Positions 19,617-30,655 of a stretch of 64,000 bases of DNA are shown here, piece after piece; the stretch's first letter is position 1; each line of letters begins with the position of its first letter. Origin of the DNA: a virus (lineage: Duplodnaviria > Heunggongvirae > Uroviricota > Caudoviricetes). The translations under genes and the position numbers were made by a program. The stretch is from positions 99,384 through 163,383 of IMG/VR virus record IMGVR_UViG_3300028888_000051; one strand, written 5' to 3'. A model generated the notes under the pieces. That model was not told the origin of the DNA. It ran no database searches and was given only the letters and a program-made list of their open reading frames with translations.

Positions 19617-20012
19617 ATGGCAAATGATGTAAATTACGATTCATATTTTAAAGAAACAATAGTTGATCCAAAAGGTGTTACTGTTTGCGATATGAATGCA
19701 GGTTTAAATAATTTATATAAATATTTTAACGAAACGGCAGACCAATTAGATACTGTTCAAAGATATTTTGTGCCAGAATACCAAGAAGGCTATCCAGATT
19801 TAGTTGCAGCACGTTCAATTCTTGGTTCACAAGTATTTTGGTGGTGGGTTCTATTAATAAATAGACAAGATGATGCATTCGAAGGCTTAAAACAAAATTG
19901 GGTATACTCTGTTATAACAGGTACACAAATTTCATCATTTATTCAAAATTCTACTTCTACAAATGAAGCTTCAAGTAATAATAGAATAAGTACAGTAATT
20001 GAGTTAAATTAA
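19617..20012 (+). CDS. Baseplate wedge gp53/LysM-like protein
   Basis: YPDLVA..LGSQVFWWWVLLIN. Confidence 0.7.
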   Translation: MANDVNYDSYFKETIVDPKGVTVCDMNAGLNNLYKYFNETADQLDTVQRYFVPEYQEGYPDLVAARSILGSQVFWWWVLLINRQDDAFEGLKQNWVYSVITGTQISSFIQNSTSTNEASSNNRISTVIELN

Positions 20013-20013
20013 T

Positions 20014-21162
20014 ATGAGAGTACAAGGTATATATGATTTAGATATTCTAATAGATGATCTTAGCATATTTAAGGCATCTAATACTACACTTGTACAAGCA
20101 AATATTTATGAAGCTATAATGAATCCTATTCCTACTTGTTCAATTGAAATGATTATTCCATTATTATGGTTTGATAATAGAACATTAGCTGATGGTACAT
20201 TAATAACTTTTGAAATAAAGAGTAAAGAATTAAATTTAGACGAAAGATGTTACTTTAGATTATTTAATATAGAAGAAATACATTTAGACCAACAAAATGC
20301 ACATATTATATTAAATGGAGTTATAGATTGTTATATAGGTTATACTCCAGGTAATGATATGAATATGTATGGTTCTTCATCAGAAGTATTTCAAAAATTC
20401 GCTTCACTTGGAAAATTAACTCCATGTATAGATGCTACTAATGATAAACAACTTTGGGTAGCCGGTGAAAAAAATATGTATCAATTTCTTTCTACAACAG
20501 CTTCTAGAGGTTGGATAGATAATACTTCTGCTATGTTTTGGTGCATCGATAGAAAAAAGAATCTTTTATATAAAAATTTAACAACGTTATTTAGAAATAG
20601 ACAAGATAAAGTATATCATTTTGTACAAAAAAGTATTTCTGCATGTGAAGACAAAGAATATGAATATTCTGGTGTAACTGGTTCAATTCAAGCTGGATCA
20701 AATAATCTTAAAAATGAAGGTTATGGTGGAGAAGATTATTATTTTGATTTGCTTTCATATGGATTAAAACCTGTAGCAGCAAGAAAAGTTATAGCAGAAA
20801 GTAAATTCATAAATATCTCTAAAGAATTATCACATGGATTATCTGATTGTCAATATCCTTTTGATATGGGTAATTTTCATCCTAATCATTTTTTAGCTAG
20901 AAAACAAAATAAACGTATATTATCTACTTATTCTACTTATATGATATTAGAAACGCAGCATTTACAATCATTTAGACTTGGACAAATTGTAACATTTGAG
21001 TTTATGGACTCTCAGACAAGAAATAATGAATCAAAAGCTATGTCTGGTGTTAATATGATTGATGCTATACACACTATAATTACAAAAGAATATATAAAAT
21101 CTACAGTTGAAATAGTGTCTCAAGGTATGAATGGTATTGTAACAACAAGAGAGGTATACTAA
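20014..21162 (+). CDS. Baseplate hub protein (gp27/gpD-like)
   Basis: Size, position before the spike gene, IYEAIMNPIPTCSI and FRLGQIV..MSGV..IDAIHTII. Confidence 0.6.
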   Translation: MRVQGIYDLDILIDDLSIFKASNTTLVQANIYEAIMNPIPTCSIEMIIPLLWFDNRTLADGTLITFEIKSKELNLDERCYFRLFNIEEIHLDQQNAHIILNGVIDCYIGYTPGNDMNMYGSSSEVFQKFASLGKLTPCIDATNDKQLWVAGEKNMYQFLSTTASRGWIDNTSAMFWCIDRKKNLLYKNLTTLFRNRQDKVYHFVQKSISACEDKEYEYSGVTGSIQAGSNNLKNEGYGGEDYYFDLLSYGLKPVAARKVIAESKFINISKELSHGLSDCQYPFDMGNFHPNHFLARKQNKRILSTYSTYMILETQHLQSFRLGQIVTFEFMDSQTRNNESKAMSGVNMIDAIHTIITKEYIKSTVEIVSQGMNGIVTTREVY

Positions 21163-21812
21163 TGAGAGATTTTTTTCAACAAGATGATACATTAACAAAT
21201 CCATTTTTTGTTGCTAAAGTTGAAGATAATAATGATCCTACTGGAAATTATAGAGTAAAAGTACGTATTCCTCAAGTTCATAATACTAATATTTCAACAG
21301 CAAATTTGCCATGGGCTGCCAAATTAGGTACTTCATTTTTAGGCGGTGGAGGTTCTGGTTCAAATCATTGTGTTCCAGAAGTTGGTTCAGAAGTACTTGT
21401 AATAGCTGTAGGAAATAATCTCAATTCATTAATATATATTGGTATTTTATGTCATAAAGAATCGGTAACTCCTTCTGGAGGGTCTTATGGAGGTTCATAT
21501 GGTATTTATATGGCAAATGGTCAATTTCTTGGTGTAGATAAAATAACACAAACTTTACAAATGATATATGAAGGTCATATAAATATAGATAAAATATTAG
21601 ATGGTAAAATTAATATTTCTGATAAACTAGAAGTAACTTGTCCAAAAATAAATATAACTGGTGATATAGACATTAAAGGTAAAGTACATGTTACTGGAAT
21701 GATATTATCTGATACCGAAGTAAAAGCTAAAACAGTTACTCTTACTGGTCATACACATCTTTACAAACCTGGTTCTGGTGGACCTACTCCATCTGATCCT
21801 GGTAAAGGATAA
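21162..21812 (+). CDS. Central spike (gp5-OB/gpV-like), no lysozyme domain
   Basis: VAKVEDNNDP..RVKVRIP..LPWA..VPEVGSEV; C-terminal GHTH apex motif. Confidence 0.85.
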   Translation: MRDFFQQDDTLTNPFFVAKVEDNNDPTGNYRVKVRIPQVHNTNISTANLPWAAKLGTSFLGGGGSGSNHCVPEVGSEVLVIAVGNNLNSLIYIGILCHKESVTPSGGSYGGSYGIYMANGQFLGVDKITQTLQMIYEGHINIDKILDGKINISDKLEVTCPKINITGDIDIKGKVHVTGMILSDTEVKAKTVTLTGHTHLYKPGSGGPTPSDPGKG

Positions 21813-21897
21813 TAATCTATTTATTCTTAATTACTTTTAACATAAAAAGTTCTAATAAACAATACATGTATTAGAAATTTATGTTATTTTTCAAAAT

Positions 21898-22272
21898 ATG
21901 GCAACGTATACAGATTTAAATGCAGAATTTAGGACTACTCCTGCTCAATCTAATGTCCTTATTACTGATGTCCAAAATGTTAAAGACAGTTTGGAACGCT
22001 TACTTTTAACTGGAAAAGGAGAAGTTCCTTTTAATAGGAATTACGGTACAAGTTTAAAATCACTTTTATTTGAAAACAATATCGATCCAGCAGATATATG
22101 TAATTATTTATATATGGATATTACAACTTGGGAACCAAGAGTTAGTTTAAATCCAGCTGATATTATAATAAATCAAGTGGATAATAATACATATCAAGTT
22201 AAATGTACATTTACTGTATTAGGAGTTAATGGTAATCCTCAAACAGTAACAGAAACAATAACAAATGGATAA
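21898..22272 (+). CDS. Baseplate wedge/sheath initiator (gp25-like)
   Basis: LERLLLT.KGEVPFNRNYGTSL..ITTWEPRV. Confidence 0.9.
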   Translation: MATYTDLNAEFRTTPAQSNVLITDVQNVKDSLERLLLTGKGEVPFNRNYGTSLKSLLFENNIDPADICNYLYMDITTWEPRVSLNPADIIINQVDNNTYQVKCTFTVLGVNGNPQTVTETITNG

Positions 22273-22278
22273 AGTAAA

Positions 22279-25200
22279 ATGAAATTAGATAATATAATTT
22301 ATGATGTCGATTCTTTACAAAATGCTATAACTCAACAATGGTCTGCAGATTCAGAAATTTTTGCTTCTATTTACCCATCTGATACAGCTGCAGCTCTCAT
22401 AAATGGTATGGCTGCATATGGTAGTATGCTTCAATATTGTATTGTTTCTGCTTTAGCTAATTGTTATACAACAACAGCTTTTTCTGAAGCAGCTATTTAT
22501 CAATTAGCTGATACATTAGGTAATGATTTACATGGTAATGTTTCATCACAAGTTATTGTTAATATTACAAAAAATAATTTTATTGGTACACATACTGTTA
22601 TTCCAGCCTTTTCAAATTTTGAAATAGCAGGAAAGAAATTCTTTAATCCTTATGCTATCATTATACCCGCTACTACAAATAAAGCTCATACAATTACCTT
22701 AGTACAAGGTGAAATAATTGAAGTAAATAAAACTACTTCTGGTATTCCAAATGAAAAATTTTATTTTTCTTCCGATTTTAAGGCTTCTCCTAATTATATT
22801 CATGTTTATTTAAACGGATCTGAATGGAGTATAACTGATTCATTCTTAGGCTATGATAAAGGTTATGTTTTAGCAAAAGAAGATATGGATTCAGTTATAT
22901 TAAAAACTGATCCAGATGGTCGTTCATATATAAAAGTTGGCGATGGTCAATTAGCTACATTACCTTTACCGAATAGTATTTTACAAATTAAATATTGCTC
23001 TAATGATGGAGCTACTGGTAATATAAATGAATCTGGCATTTATGGTACTTTAACTTCTCAGTTAGTATTTGTAGATACAAATGGTAATGAAGATTTTCTC
23101 GATGCAGAAGTATTTACAACAACTACTGCTTATGGTGGTTTTTCAAAACAATCTTTAGAAACTTTACGTTATACTTCACCATATGTATTTGCTTCTGGTC
23201 ATAGATGTATTCGTCGTCAAGATTATAATGCAATGTTACAAAATAAATGTGGTTATATTACATCAGCTGTTTGGGGAGAGTATGAGCAATCAAACAAAGT
23301 TGGTGCATATGATTCAATTATGATGAATATGGTTTATTATACTGGTGTAAAAACATTTGAAACATATCCTTATTTTAAAATAGATCCGCTTACTAATCTA
23401 AACTATTATAGTGGAGCTTTACATAGTAATTCTGGTTTTTATGGTTCATATGCATTCAGGGTATCAAATGTTTTAGGATCTACTGAAAAAATATATATAC
23501 AAGATACTGGTGGACAAGGTTTTCTCTTTATAAATGATAATACTCAAGATCCAAGAGATAGTTTATTACCTGATTGGATTGCTTCAAGTAGTAGATATTA
23601 TTCTAATATATTAGGGGAAATAAAATCATCTGGATTACAGTATAAAGTTAATGATGAATTATATTTGCATAAAGGTATGACAAATACTAAAACAGATATA
23701 GTCATAAGAGTTACAGAAGTAGATATAACGGGTAAAGTATTAAAAGCTGAATTAGTATCACGTACAACTACAAATAACTATAATATTACAGAATTTACAG
23801 AATCTAAAACTAGCTATTATAAGGCTGCTAGTCAACAATCTAATGGTACTGGTTTAACTATAGAATTTAAACAATATAGGTATGGTACATCAAGTATTAT
23901 TGATACTAATGATTTAGAAAGAGATCCTGAAATAAGTTGGGAAACACCTATTATAAATGCTCGTTCTGATAAATTAAATCCGATAGCTTATTATAAATCA
24001 GCATTTGAACCAAGTTTACAATATCCTGTTCAAATAAGATTTACTTATCCAGAAGAAAAAGCTATTGCTGGTGTTAAATTTCAAGCAGTTAATCCACATG
24101 CTGATGTAGAAGGATGTCCATTTATTGGTACTATTGCAATGTTTGGTACTAATTTGGAAACTACAGATGAAGATTTTAGTTATTATAATATTCGTAATAG
24201 TGAAAAATGGGATTGTATAATTGAACGTAAAGAATTAACTTCTCCTTGGACAGAAAGTGGAGATGATGATCATTGGACAGATTGGATTGCTACTAATTGT
24301 TTTGGTATTAAAGATGTAAATGGAAATAAAATATATATAGATGAAGAAGGTAATCCAATTTTTAAAAAATATAAAAACTTAGTTATTGAATTTTATTCAA
24401 CACAAAATATTGGTGTAAATAGTCCAAAAATTAGTTTTAATGCTATTAAAGTATTATATGGTGAAGATGCATCTGAAATAATTTATACTGGTAATGGTGA
24501 AATAAGAATTAATTTACCTGCTGCTGGAAGTCCTGGTCCAGGAGGAACTGAATTAGGTTATTTGACATCTAGTCTCATTAATAGTACAAATTTTCCAATG
24601 TATAATTATACAACTGTATTAGATGGTATTACAGAAGCAAATGGCTATAGAGATGGAGATATTTTGTCTTACTTATTTAATGGTATAAATGAAAATTTAC
24701 TATTTAATGTTCAGATTGCTTCTATAGCAAATAAACAATATATTATTACTGTTAAAAAAATGAGTGATCCATTGGATACAGGTAATAGTATTCTAATAGG
24801 TACTGAGTATATTGCTATGTCTTCTCCAGCACCTCTTAGTGATCCTACTAATCATAATTTATTATACACCTATGTTTTAAATCCAGATAATAATAGACCA
24901 GATTCTGGAAAAGCTGGTAGTGGTTATGCTGTAAATGATATAATTACAATCTTAGATAGTTCTGGTAATAAAACTGAATTAACTTTACGAGTAGCAGCTG
25001 TTAATAATAATGGTGAAGTTTTAAATTTGGCTTGGTTAAATAATACTTCTTTAGTTACCCCATTAGCTGAAAATACATATTTTAATACACATTGTGATCA
25101 TTCTGGTACAGGATTACAATTAAAAGTTGTAGCTACACCTGCTACAATTGGTACAGGCGCTACAATACTTATTACATCAAAAAATAATTTAGATATTGAG

Positions 25201-25602
25201 GCCAGTTTTACAGGTAATAGAATAGATACAGCTGATGTTAATTATTATGATGAACCAATTATAAAACAATATAATCATTTTACTACTTATTTAGAATTTG
25301 TACAACCTGAAATTATACAACAAACAATACGTGTTCAAGTTGCTATTAAGAAAAATGCAACAGTAACTTCTGGTATTGTATTACAAAATGTAAAAAATAG
25401 CATATTAAAATTATTTAATATTACTCCAGATTATATTGGTAAAGGTATAAAACTTTCCGATATATATAAAGCTGTAACAGATACAGAAAATGTAGATTGG
25501 TGTAAAGTATTAAGACCTAGTGATAATATAGCAATAAATGTTAATAGTTTATTAGTTTCATCAGATATCATATTAGAAGAAGTTGTACTTGAACAACAAT
25601 AA
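22279..25602 (+). CDS. Baseplate wedge protein (gp6/J-like) with a large internal insertion
   Basis: GDGQLA.LP..IKY..NDGATGN; ETLRYTSP..RCIRRQDY; C-terminal KLSDIYKAV. Confidence 0.85.
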   Translation: MKLDNIIYDVDSLQNAITQQWSADSEIFASIYPSDTAAALINGMAAYGSMLQYCIVSALANCYTTTAFSEAAIYQLADTLGNDLHGNVSSQVIVNITKNNFIGTHTVIPAFSNFEIAGKKFFNPYAIIIPATTNKAHTITLVQGEIIEVNKTTSGIPNEKFYFSSDFKASPNYIHVYLNGSEWSITDSFLGYDKGYVLAKEDMDSVILKTDPDGRSYIKVGDGQLATLPLPNSILQIKYCSNDGATGNINESGIYGTLTSQLVFVDTNGNEDFLDAEVFTTTTAYGGFSKQSLETLRYTSPYVFASGHRCIRRQDYNAMLQNKCGYITSAVWGEYEQSNKVGAYDSIMMNMVYYTGVKTFETYPYFKIDPLTNLNYYSGALHSNSGFYGSYAFRVSNVLGSTEKIYIQDTGGQGFLFINDNTQDPRDSLLPDWIASSSRYYSNILGEIKSSGLQYKVNDELYLHKGMTNTKTDIVIRVTEVDITGKVLKAELVSRTTTNNYNITEFTESKTSYYKAASQQSNGTGLTIEFKQYRYGTSSIIDTNDLERDPEISWETPIINARSDKLNPIAYYKSAFEPSLQYPVQIRFTYPEEKAIAGVKFQAVNPHADVEGCPFIGTIAMFGTNLETTDEDFSYYNIRNSEKWDCIIERKELTSPWTESGDDDHWTDWIATNCFGIKDVNGNKIYIDEEGNPIFKKYKNLVIEFYSTQNIGVNSPKISFNAIKVLYGEDASEIIYTGNGEIRINLPAAGSPGPGGTELGYLTSSLINSTNFPMYNYTTVLDGITEANGYRDGDILSYLFNGINENLLFNVQIASIANKQYIITVKKMSDPLDTGNSILIGTEYIAMSSPAPLSDPTNHNLLYTYVLNPDNNRPDSGKAGSGYAVNDIITILDSSGNKTELTLRVAAVNNNGEVLNLAWLNNTSLVTPLAENTYFNTHCDHSGTGLQLKVVATPATIGTGATILITSKNNLDIEASFTGNRIDTADVNYYDEPIIKQYNHFTTYLEFVQPEIIQQTIRVQVAIKKNATVTSGIVLQNVKNSILKLFNITPDYIGKGIKLSDIYKAVTDTENVDWCKVLRPSDNIAINVNSLLVSSDIILEEVVLEQQ

Positions 25603-25621
25603 TAGATTTGGATAAAAAAGA

Positions 25622-28285
25622 ATGGCAATAGTTAATGAAATAAATCAAATATATTGTAATGAATCAATAACTGTCAATCAAATAAATATGACATCATTAT
25701 TATTCATTGATAATAAAGTCGTATCTAAATCTAGATATTCTATAGTTGATAATTTTATTAATTTATTAGATGCTGCTGAAAATACAATTTGTTTATATCA
25801 GCATAAAGGTTCTTCTAACTATTATGAATATAAAATAAATCTAAAAAATAGTAATACTATAATTTCAGGCAAAGATGTTAATGGTAATATATTAAAAATT
25901 GTCAATAATAAAAATAATTTGATGGTTTTTGTTGATGGTTATAAATTATTACCTTCACAATTTGAAATTAATTCAGAAACAAATTCTATAAAAATATTAA
26001 ATTCATATGTAGAAAAAGAAATATATACTGTTATTATATATATTTCTGATAGTTTACAATATTTAGGTAAAATTGAAGACGATTTAACATGGAAATATGA
26101 TACTCATTCATTTACTCTTGATGACTATACTTATTTAAGATATTTGTTTTTCAAAAATGGTGAATTAATTACGCGTGATTATATACATAAAATAAATGAT
26201 ATTGTTACAATTAATGTTGATATAAGAGAAAATATTGATATCATTGAATATTATCGTCTTCCTATAGATACAGAAAATGTTTTATTTTATGCCGATCCTG
26301 GTTATTTTTCATATGGACCAGAAGACATTTCAGGATTACCTGTTCCTGAAATTCATGATGCAGAAGTAATTTTTCAGTCTATTGTTAGATTAGCAATAGA
26401 TGATGTTAGACCAGGTTTTTTTATAAGAGAAAAAGATGGAGATGGCTGTTTATTATTAACAGGAGAAGATTTTGAAACAAAGGTTGCTTATTGTACAACT
26501 ATTGTACCATTTTCAAAAACTTCTTATACAAAATCTGATTATTTTATTCAGGTACCAAACGCAAGGTCAATTTTAAAATATATTTCTGAATATGATTTAA
26601 AACGTATGTTTATGCCAGAAGTATTAGGTAGTTTTCAAAAACTTTTGTTAAATGAAACATATGATAGTATTCAACGACTTAAAAATACACGTAGCATAAA
26701 TAAAGTCAGTTCCTCTCAAATTGGAAATCTCATGAATTTCATGGGTTTAACTTTAAATTTAACAAACTTAGAATTAGATAAAAAGCACGCAATATTAGAA
26801 GAATTAACTAATTTTTATAAAGTAGTTGGTACACGTGAATCATATAATTTTTATAATACATTAACAAATAATGCTAAAATCGTAGGGTTAACACAATTAT
26901 TTACTCCAATTAAAGATATAAATAATACTGGAGATCCAGTACAAAGATATGTTGATTTTAGAACAGCTGAAGAATTAGGAGCAAAAACTTATAAACGTTA
27001 CGATTATCCACTTATGGATTTAGGACAAGTTGATGAATTAGCTACAGTTACTGATTCTTTCACAAATCAACCACGAGATGAAGGAATTTTAAATTATCAT
27101 GGTTATGAAATAGTAGGTACACCTACTATAAATGAAAATAATATTTTAAGTGATTTAACTTTAGAAAATTATATACAGGTATTAAATGTTCCAAAATTAG
27201 AAAATAAAGATTGGGAAATAAATGTTAGATTTAAACGAACAGAAGCTAACGTTTCATCTACAATTTTTCAAATGTTTAATGAATTTGTTACAGAACGTAC
27301 AATAGATATTTGTTTATATATTAATCCTGATAATACCTTACATCTTGACATCGCTAAAACAGATGGTTCTGGAGATTTAACTAAGTTATTACTTTTAGAT
27401 ATAGTTGAAAATAAAAATTATTATATTAAAATAAAACGTATTGCTGATACTATCTATGCTTCATATTCAAATAATGGTATTGAATATTATGATATCACAA
27501 ATGAAACTTTACCATGTCAATTACCAACTAATTTTGAAATGATGAATTGTCAGAGCATTTATATCGGTATTTCACGTAGAGCTTTAGATAATGAAATGGC
27601 AGCACCTTTTAAGGGTGAAATTTATTTAAATGATACAAATATATATGTAAATAATTCTCTTTATTGGGAAGCTACAAATAAAGATAGATTACCTGTTTTA
27701 AAATCACCCCGTGAAATAACATATGCTATTGAAGTAGAAGAAATTACTCCAGAATATGAAAAATTACCACATTTTATAAATGAAGTTACAGGTAAAAAAT
27801 GTGTAGTCATTACTGAAAACGTAGATACTCCAATAAATGAATATATTATACCACCAACACCTGGTCCAAATAAACCATCAATAGATCTTGGATATGTATA
27901 TGAAGAAGCTACAAGTTTTTATGATTTTGGTCTCGTAACAGATATTATAAAAGGTAAGTGGGTTGAATGGACTGTATGGGATAGACCTACAAATTGGTAT
28001 CCAACAAACCATGTTGATGTAGATGTACAAATTCCTCCATATGTTGAATATGAAACATTTATGACAGAGTTTAGAAATACTTTTTATAACATTGCCAGTG
28101 CAGTTCTATATATACATAGTATTGTTGAAGTATATACTTTTGGTAAAGATGATCCATATAATACTGGAAATGAAGATGAAGCAATTGGAGGCGGTGCTAA
28201 TTTTGATATGCTTTCATCACCAACATATTATACATTAGAATATACATTTACGAATGATCCAGCTAGACAAGATTATAGAGGATAA
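25622..28285 (+). CDS. Baseplate wedge protein (gp7/P2-I-like) with lectin-like insert
   Basis: ILEELTNFYKVVGT..YNF; follows gp6-like gene. Confidence 0.6.
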   Translation: MAIVNEINQIYCNESITVNQINMTSLLFIDNKVVSKSRYSIVDNFINLLDAAENTICLYQHKGSSNYYEYKINLKNSNTIISGKDVNGNILKIVNNKNNLMVFVDGYKLLPSQFEINSETNSIKILNSYVEKEIYTVIIYISDSLQYLGKIEDDLTWKYDTHSFTLDDYTYLRYLFFKNGELITRDYIHKINDIVTINVDIRENIDIIEYYRLPIDTENVLFYADPGYFSYGPEDISGLPVPEIHDAEVIFQSIVRLAIDDVRPGFFIREKDGDGCLLLTGEDFETKVAYCTTIVPFSKTSYTKSDYFIQVPNARSILKYISEYDLKRMFMPEVLGSFQKLLLNETYDSIQRLKNTRSINKVSSSQIGNLMNFMGLTLNLTNLELDKKHAILEELTNFYKVVGTRESYNFYNTLTNNAKIVGLTQLFTPIKDINNTGDPVQRYVDFRTAEELGAKTYKRYDYPLMDLGQVDELATVTDSFTNQPRDEGILNYHGYEIVGTPTINENNILSDLTLENYIQVLNVPKLENKDWEINVRFKRTEANVSSTIFQMFNEFVTERTIDICLYINPDNTLHLDIAKTDGSGDLTKLLLLDIVENKNYYIKIKRIADTIYASYSNNGIEYYDITNETLPCQLPTNFEMMNCQSIYIGISRRALDNEMAAPFKGEIYLNDTNIYVNNSLYWEATNKDRLPVLKSPREITYAIEVEEITPEYEKLPHFINEVTGKKCVVITENVDTPINEYIIPPTPGPNKPSIDLGYVYEEATSFYDFGLVTDIIKGKWVEWTVWDRPTNWYPTNHVDVDVQIPPYVEYETFMTEFRNTFYNIASAVLYIHSIVEVYTFGKDDPYNTGNEDEAIGGGANFDMLSSPTYYTLEYTFTNDPARQDYRG

Positions 28286-28306
28286 ATTTTATAAAGGTTA
28301 AAATAA

Positions 28307-30637
28307 ATGATAGTTTCAAGAAATCAATTAATACAATATTCAATTCCAGAAGAGTATTTTTTTCATATACGTAGCGGTAGTGATAATTATAGAGATGCTA
28401 CAGCTTCAGATTATTGTCGTGATGCATATTTTAATAACAATCCAACGCGATTAGAAAGATCAATTTATTGTGCGATTGGAAGCGATATAGATGGATGGGA
28501 ATTAGAAATGTATAATGGAGTAAATTGGGTAGTAGTTACTCCTGATCCATCATATTCTTTAACTATCACTAATAATGGTTTAGCTGCATTAACAAATATA
28601 AAATCTGGTGGTATTCAATTACGCTTTTCTGGTATAAAAATTATTGATCAAACTATTCTTAATCCATCTACACCATTAATTACTTGGACAGATGCTACTT
28701 TTCAAGCAGCTGGAGCAGTTGTATTTTCTGTTGGTACAAATGGTGCAAAATGGTTAAATGATGAAAATGGAAATCCTTGGATAAATAGACTTCTTAAATG
28801 GCGTTTCAATTCATCTTCTGGCGGTTTACAATATATTTTATCTTTACCTGCTGAAGGTTTAGGTTCAACGTCTGATAATGGTGATACAAACTGGAATATT
28901 GGTGCTATAGGTTTATATGTTAAAGATCCTACTAATAATGCAAGTGATGTGTTATTTGCTCTCGCTACTTTACCAGAAATTGTACATAAACATGCTTCAA
29001 CAGTTAATATGATTGGTAATGCAATTAAATTATACTTTAATACAGTATTAACAAATTTAGGTATAGTGTCTAATTTAAATGTTCTTCCAGAAAGTGATGT
29101 AAATTTACCAGAAGTACAGAATGAGACATTATTAACTTATCCTACTGATCCAAAAAAACGTCCATTTAATTGTTATGTTGTTGATAATTTATATGGTACT
29201 AATATGCCAGCATTAGCAGTACAACGTAAATTAACACCAGATAGTTATCCAGATATAGATGACGAAAATGATATGGATTGGGCTTGGTTTCAACCTGCAG
29301 ATAATTTTATTTCTGTTCCTGCCTCTTCTTTTGATTCTACTGTCGCTAATTATGATTTTGTATATTGGGATACAAGTGCAAGCCTATATAAACAAGCTTT
29401 AGGTCAAGTAAATAGTACAGCTGTAAATGCTAAAGTGCCTGTTGGTATTAGAGTTGGTAATTCTGTAGTATTTTCTGGTACAGTTATAAATAATTCTTTT
29501 TCGTATCGATATGATGTTGAACTTACTTCTGTTGGTGCTAATTATGCAGTTGGAGATGAATTATTAATTCCAGTTAATGCAAGTTTAGTATTTAAAGTTA
29601 GAGTAGAAGCATTGAATGCTTCTGATGGTATAACTAGCTTTAGTTTAATAGGTCCAGGTGTAGGTAATGTACCTATTACGGGAACTTCTATTATATTACC
29701 TGCTGTATATGATCCTCGTTCACAATTACCTAGATATGGAAATAATGCAAGATTTAAAATCACTTCAACAAAGATAAATCAAACAAATTGGAATTTCCCT
29801 GCTAGTTATTTAAATAAACCTATATATTGTTCAAATACTAATGCAGGTAAAGTTACGAATACAGAAACAGATTCTATGGTTGGTTGGGTAGTTGCTTCAA
29901 ATGCTATTAAATTAGGCTTAGATATTCGTAATGAAGCAACTAGCAGTAGACATGGTACTATGCGTTACGCTACAAATGCAGAAGTACAAAAAATAGTAAC
30001 TAATAGTTCAGCAGCTAATAATACAGCAATTTGTCCAAAAACTTTAAAAACAAATTACTTACAAATTACTATGCCAGATAGTGGTACAGGTACAGATAGA
30101 GCTGGTTCTACACAAGCTAATCCGATTCTTGTTGATACATATGTTAAATTTAATAAAGTTGTTTTAGGAAGACATACAAAAAGTCCATATAATAGTACAT
30201 CTGATAATCCATATGTTACTGACGCAAATATAGATTTTTATGGCTGTGCATATAGAGCATGGTATCAAGATTTAGCTGAGTATTATGAAGCAGATAAGTT
30301 ATATGAACCAGGTACGCTAATTTGTTTTGGTGGTATTAAAGAAATGACAATTGCTTCAACTGAATGTGATGCAATTATATCTACAAGACCTGGTTTTGAA
30401 TTAGGTACTAAACAAGGAGAAAATTGGCTTCCTGTTGCTTTAGTTGGACGTACTCCAGTTCTATTTGATGGTAATTGTATGCCTCGTTTTGGTGATAAAA
30501 TATATTTATCTAAAATTAAAAAAGGATGTGCTTCAACAATTCCTAACGGTAAATGTTTAGGAAAAATTATTACTAAATCTTTTGCCCCTTCTTCAAAATT
30601 AATTGAATGTGTAATAAGAATAGATTTTTCAGAATAA
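28307..30637 (+). CDS. Tail fibre/collar protein with C-terminal autoproteolytic-chaperone-like domain
   Basis: ITNNGLAAL..IGAIGLY..LFALA N-terminal collar pattern; DLAEYYEAD..YEPGT..FGG..PVALVGRTPV. Confidence 0.65.
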   Translation: MIVSRNQLIQYSIPEEYFFHIRSGSDNYRDATASDYCRDAYFNNNPTRLERSIYCAIGSDIDGWELEMYNGVNWVVVTPDPSYSLTITNNGLAALTNIKSGGIQLRFSGIKIIDQTILNPSTPLITWTDATFQAAGAVVFSVGTNGAKWLNDENGNPWINRLLKWRFNSSSGGLQYILSLPAEGLGSTSDNGDTNWNIGAIGLYVKDPTNNASDVLFALATLPEIVHKHASTVNMIGNAIKLYFNTVLTNLGIVSNLNVLPESDVNLPEVQNETLLTYPTDPKKRPFNCYVVDNLYGTNMPALAVQRKLTPDSYPDIDDENDMDWAWFQPADNFISVPASSFDSTVANYDFVYWDTSASLYKQALGQVNSTAVNAKVPVGIRVGNSVVFSGTVINNSFSYRYDVELTSVGANYAVGDELLIPVNASLVFKVRVEALNASDGITSFSLIGPGVGNVPITGTSIILPAVYDPRSQLPRYGNNARFKITSTKINQTNWNFPASYLNKPIYCSNTNAGKVTNTETDSMVGWVVASNAIKLGLDIRNEATSSRHGTMRYATNAEVQKIVTNSSAANNTAICPKTLKTNYLQITMPDSGTGTDRAGSTQANPILVDTYVKFNKVVLGRHTKSPYNSTSDNPYVTDANIDFYGCAYRAWYQDLAEYYEADKLYEPGTLICFGGIKEMTIASTECDAIISTRPGFELGTKQGENWLPVALVGRTPVLFDGNCMPRFGDKIYLSKIKKGCASTIPNGKCLGKIITKSFAPSSKLIECVIRIDFSE

Positions 30638-30655
30638 TATAAAGGAATATAGATA

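Noticed and set aside
13560-19617. Stop-codon reassignment (TAG at 13560 and 19608 is in frame with the next ATG)
   Set aside because: Long genes are intact in the standard code, most other TAG stops are quickly followed by another stop, downstream genes have their own RBS, and no suppressor tRNA was seen
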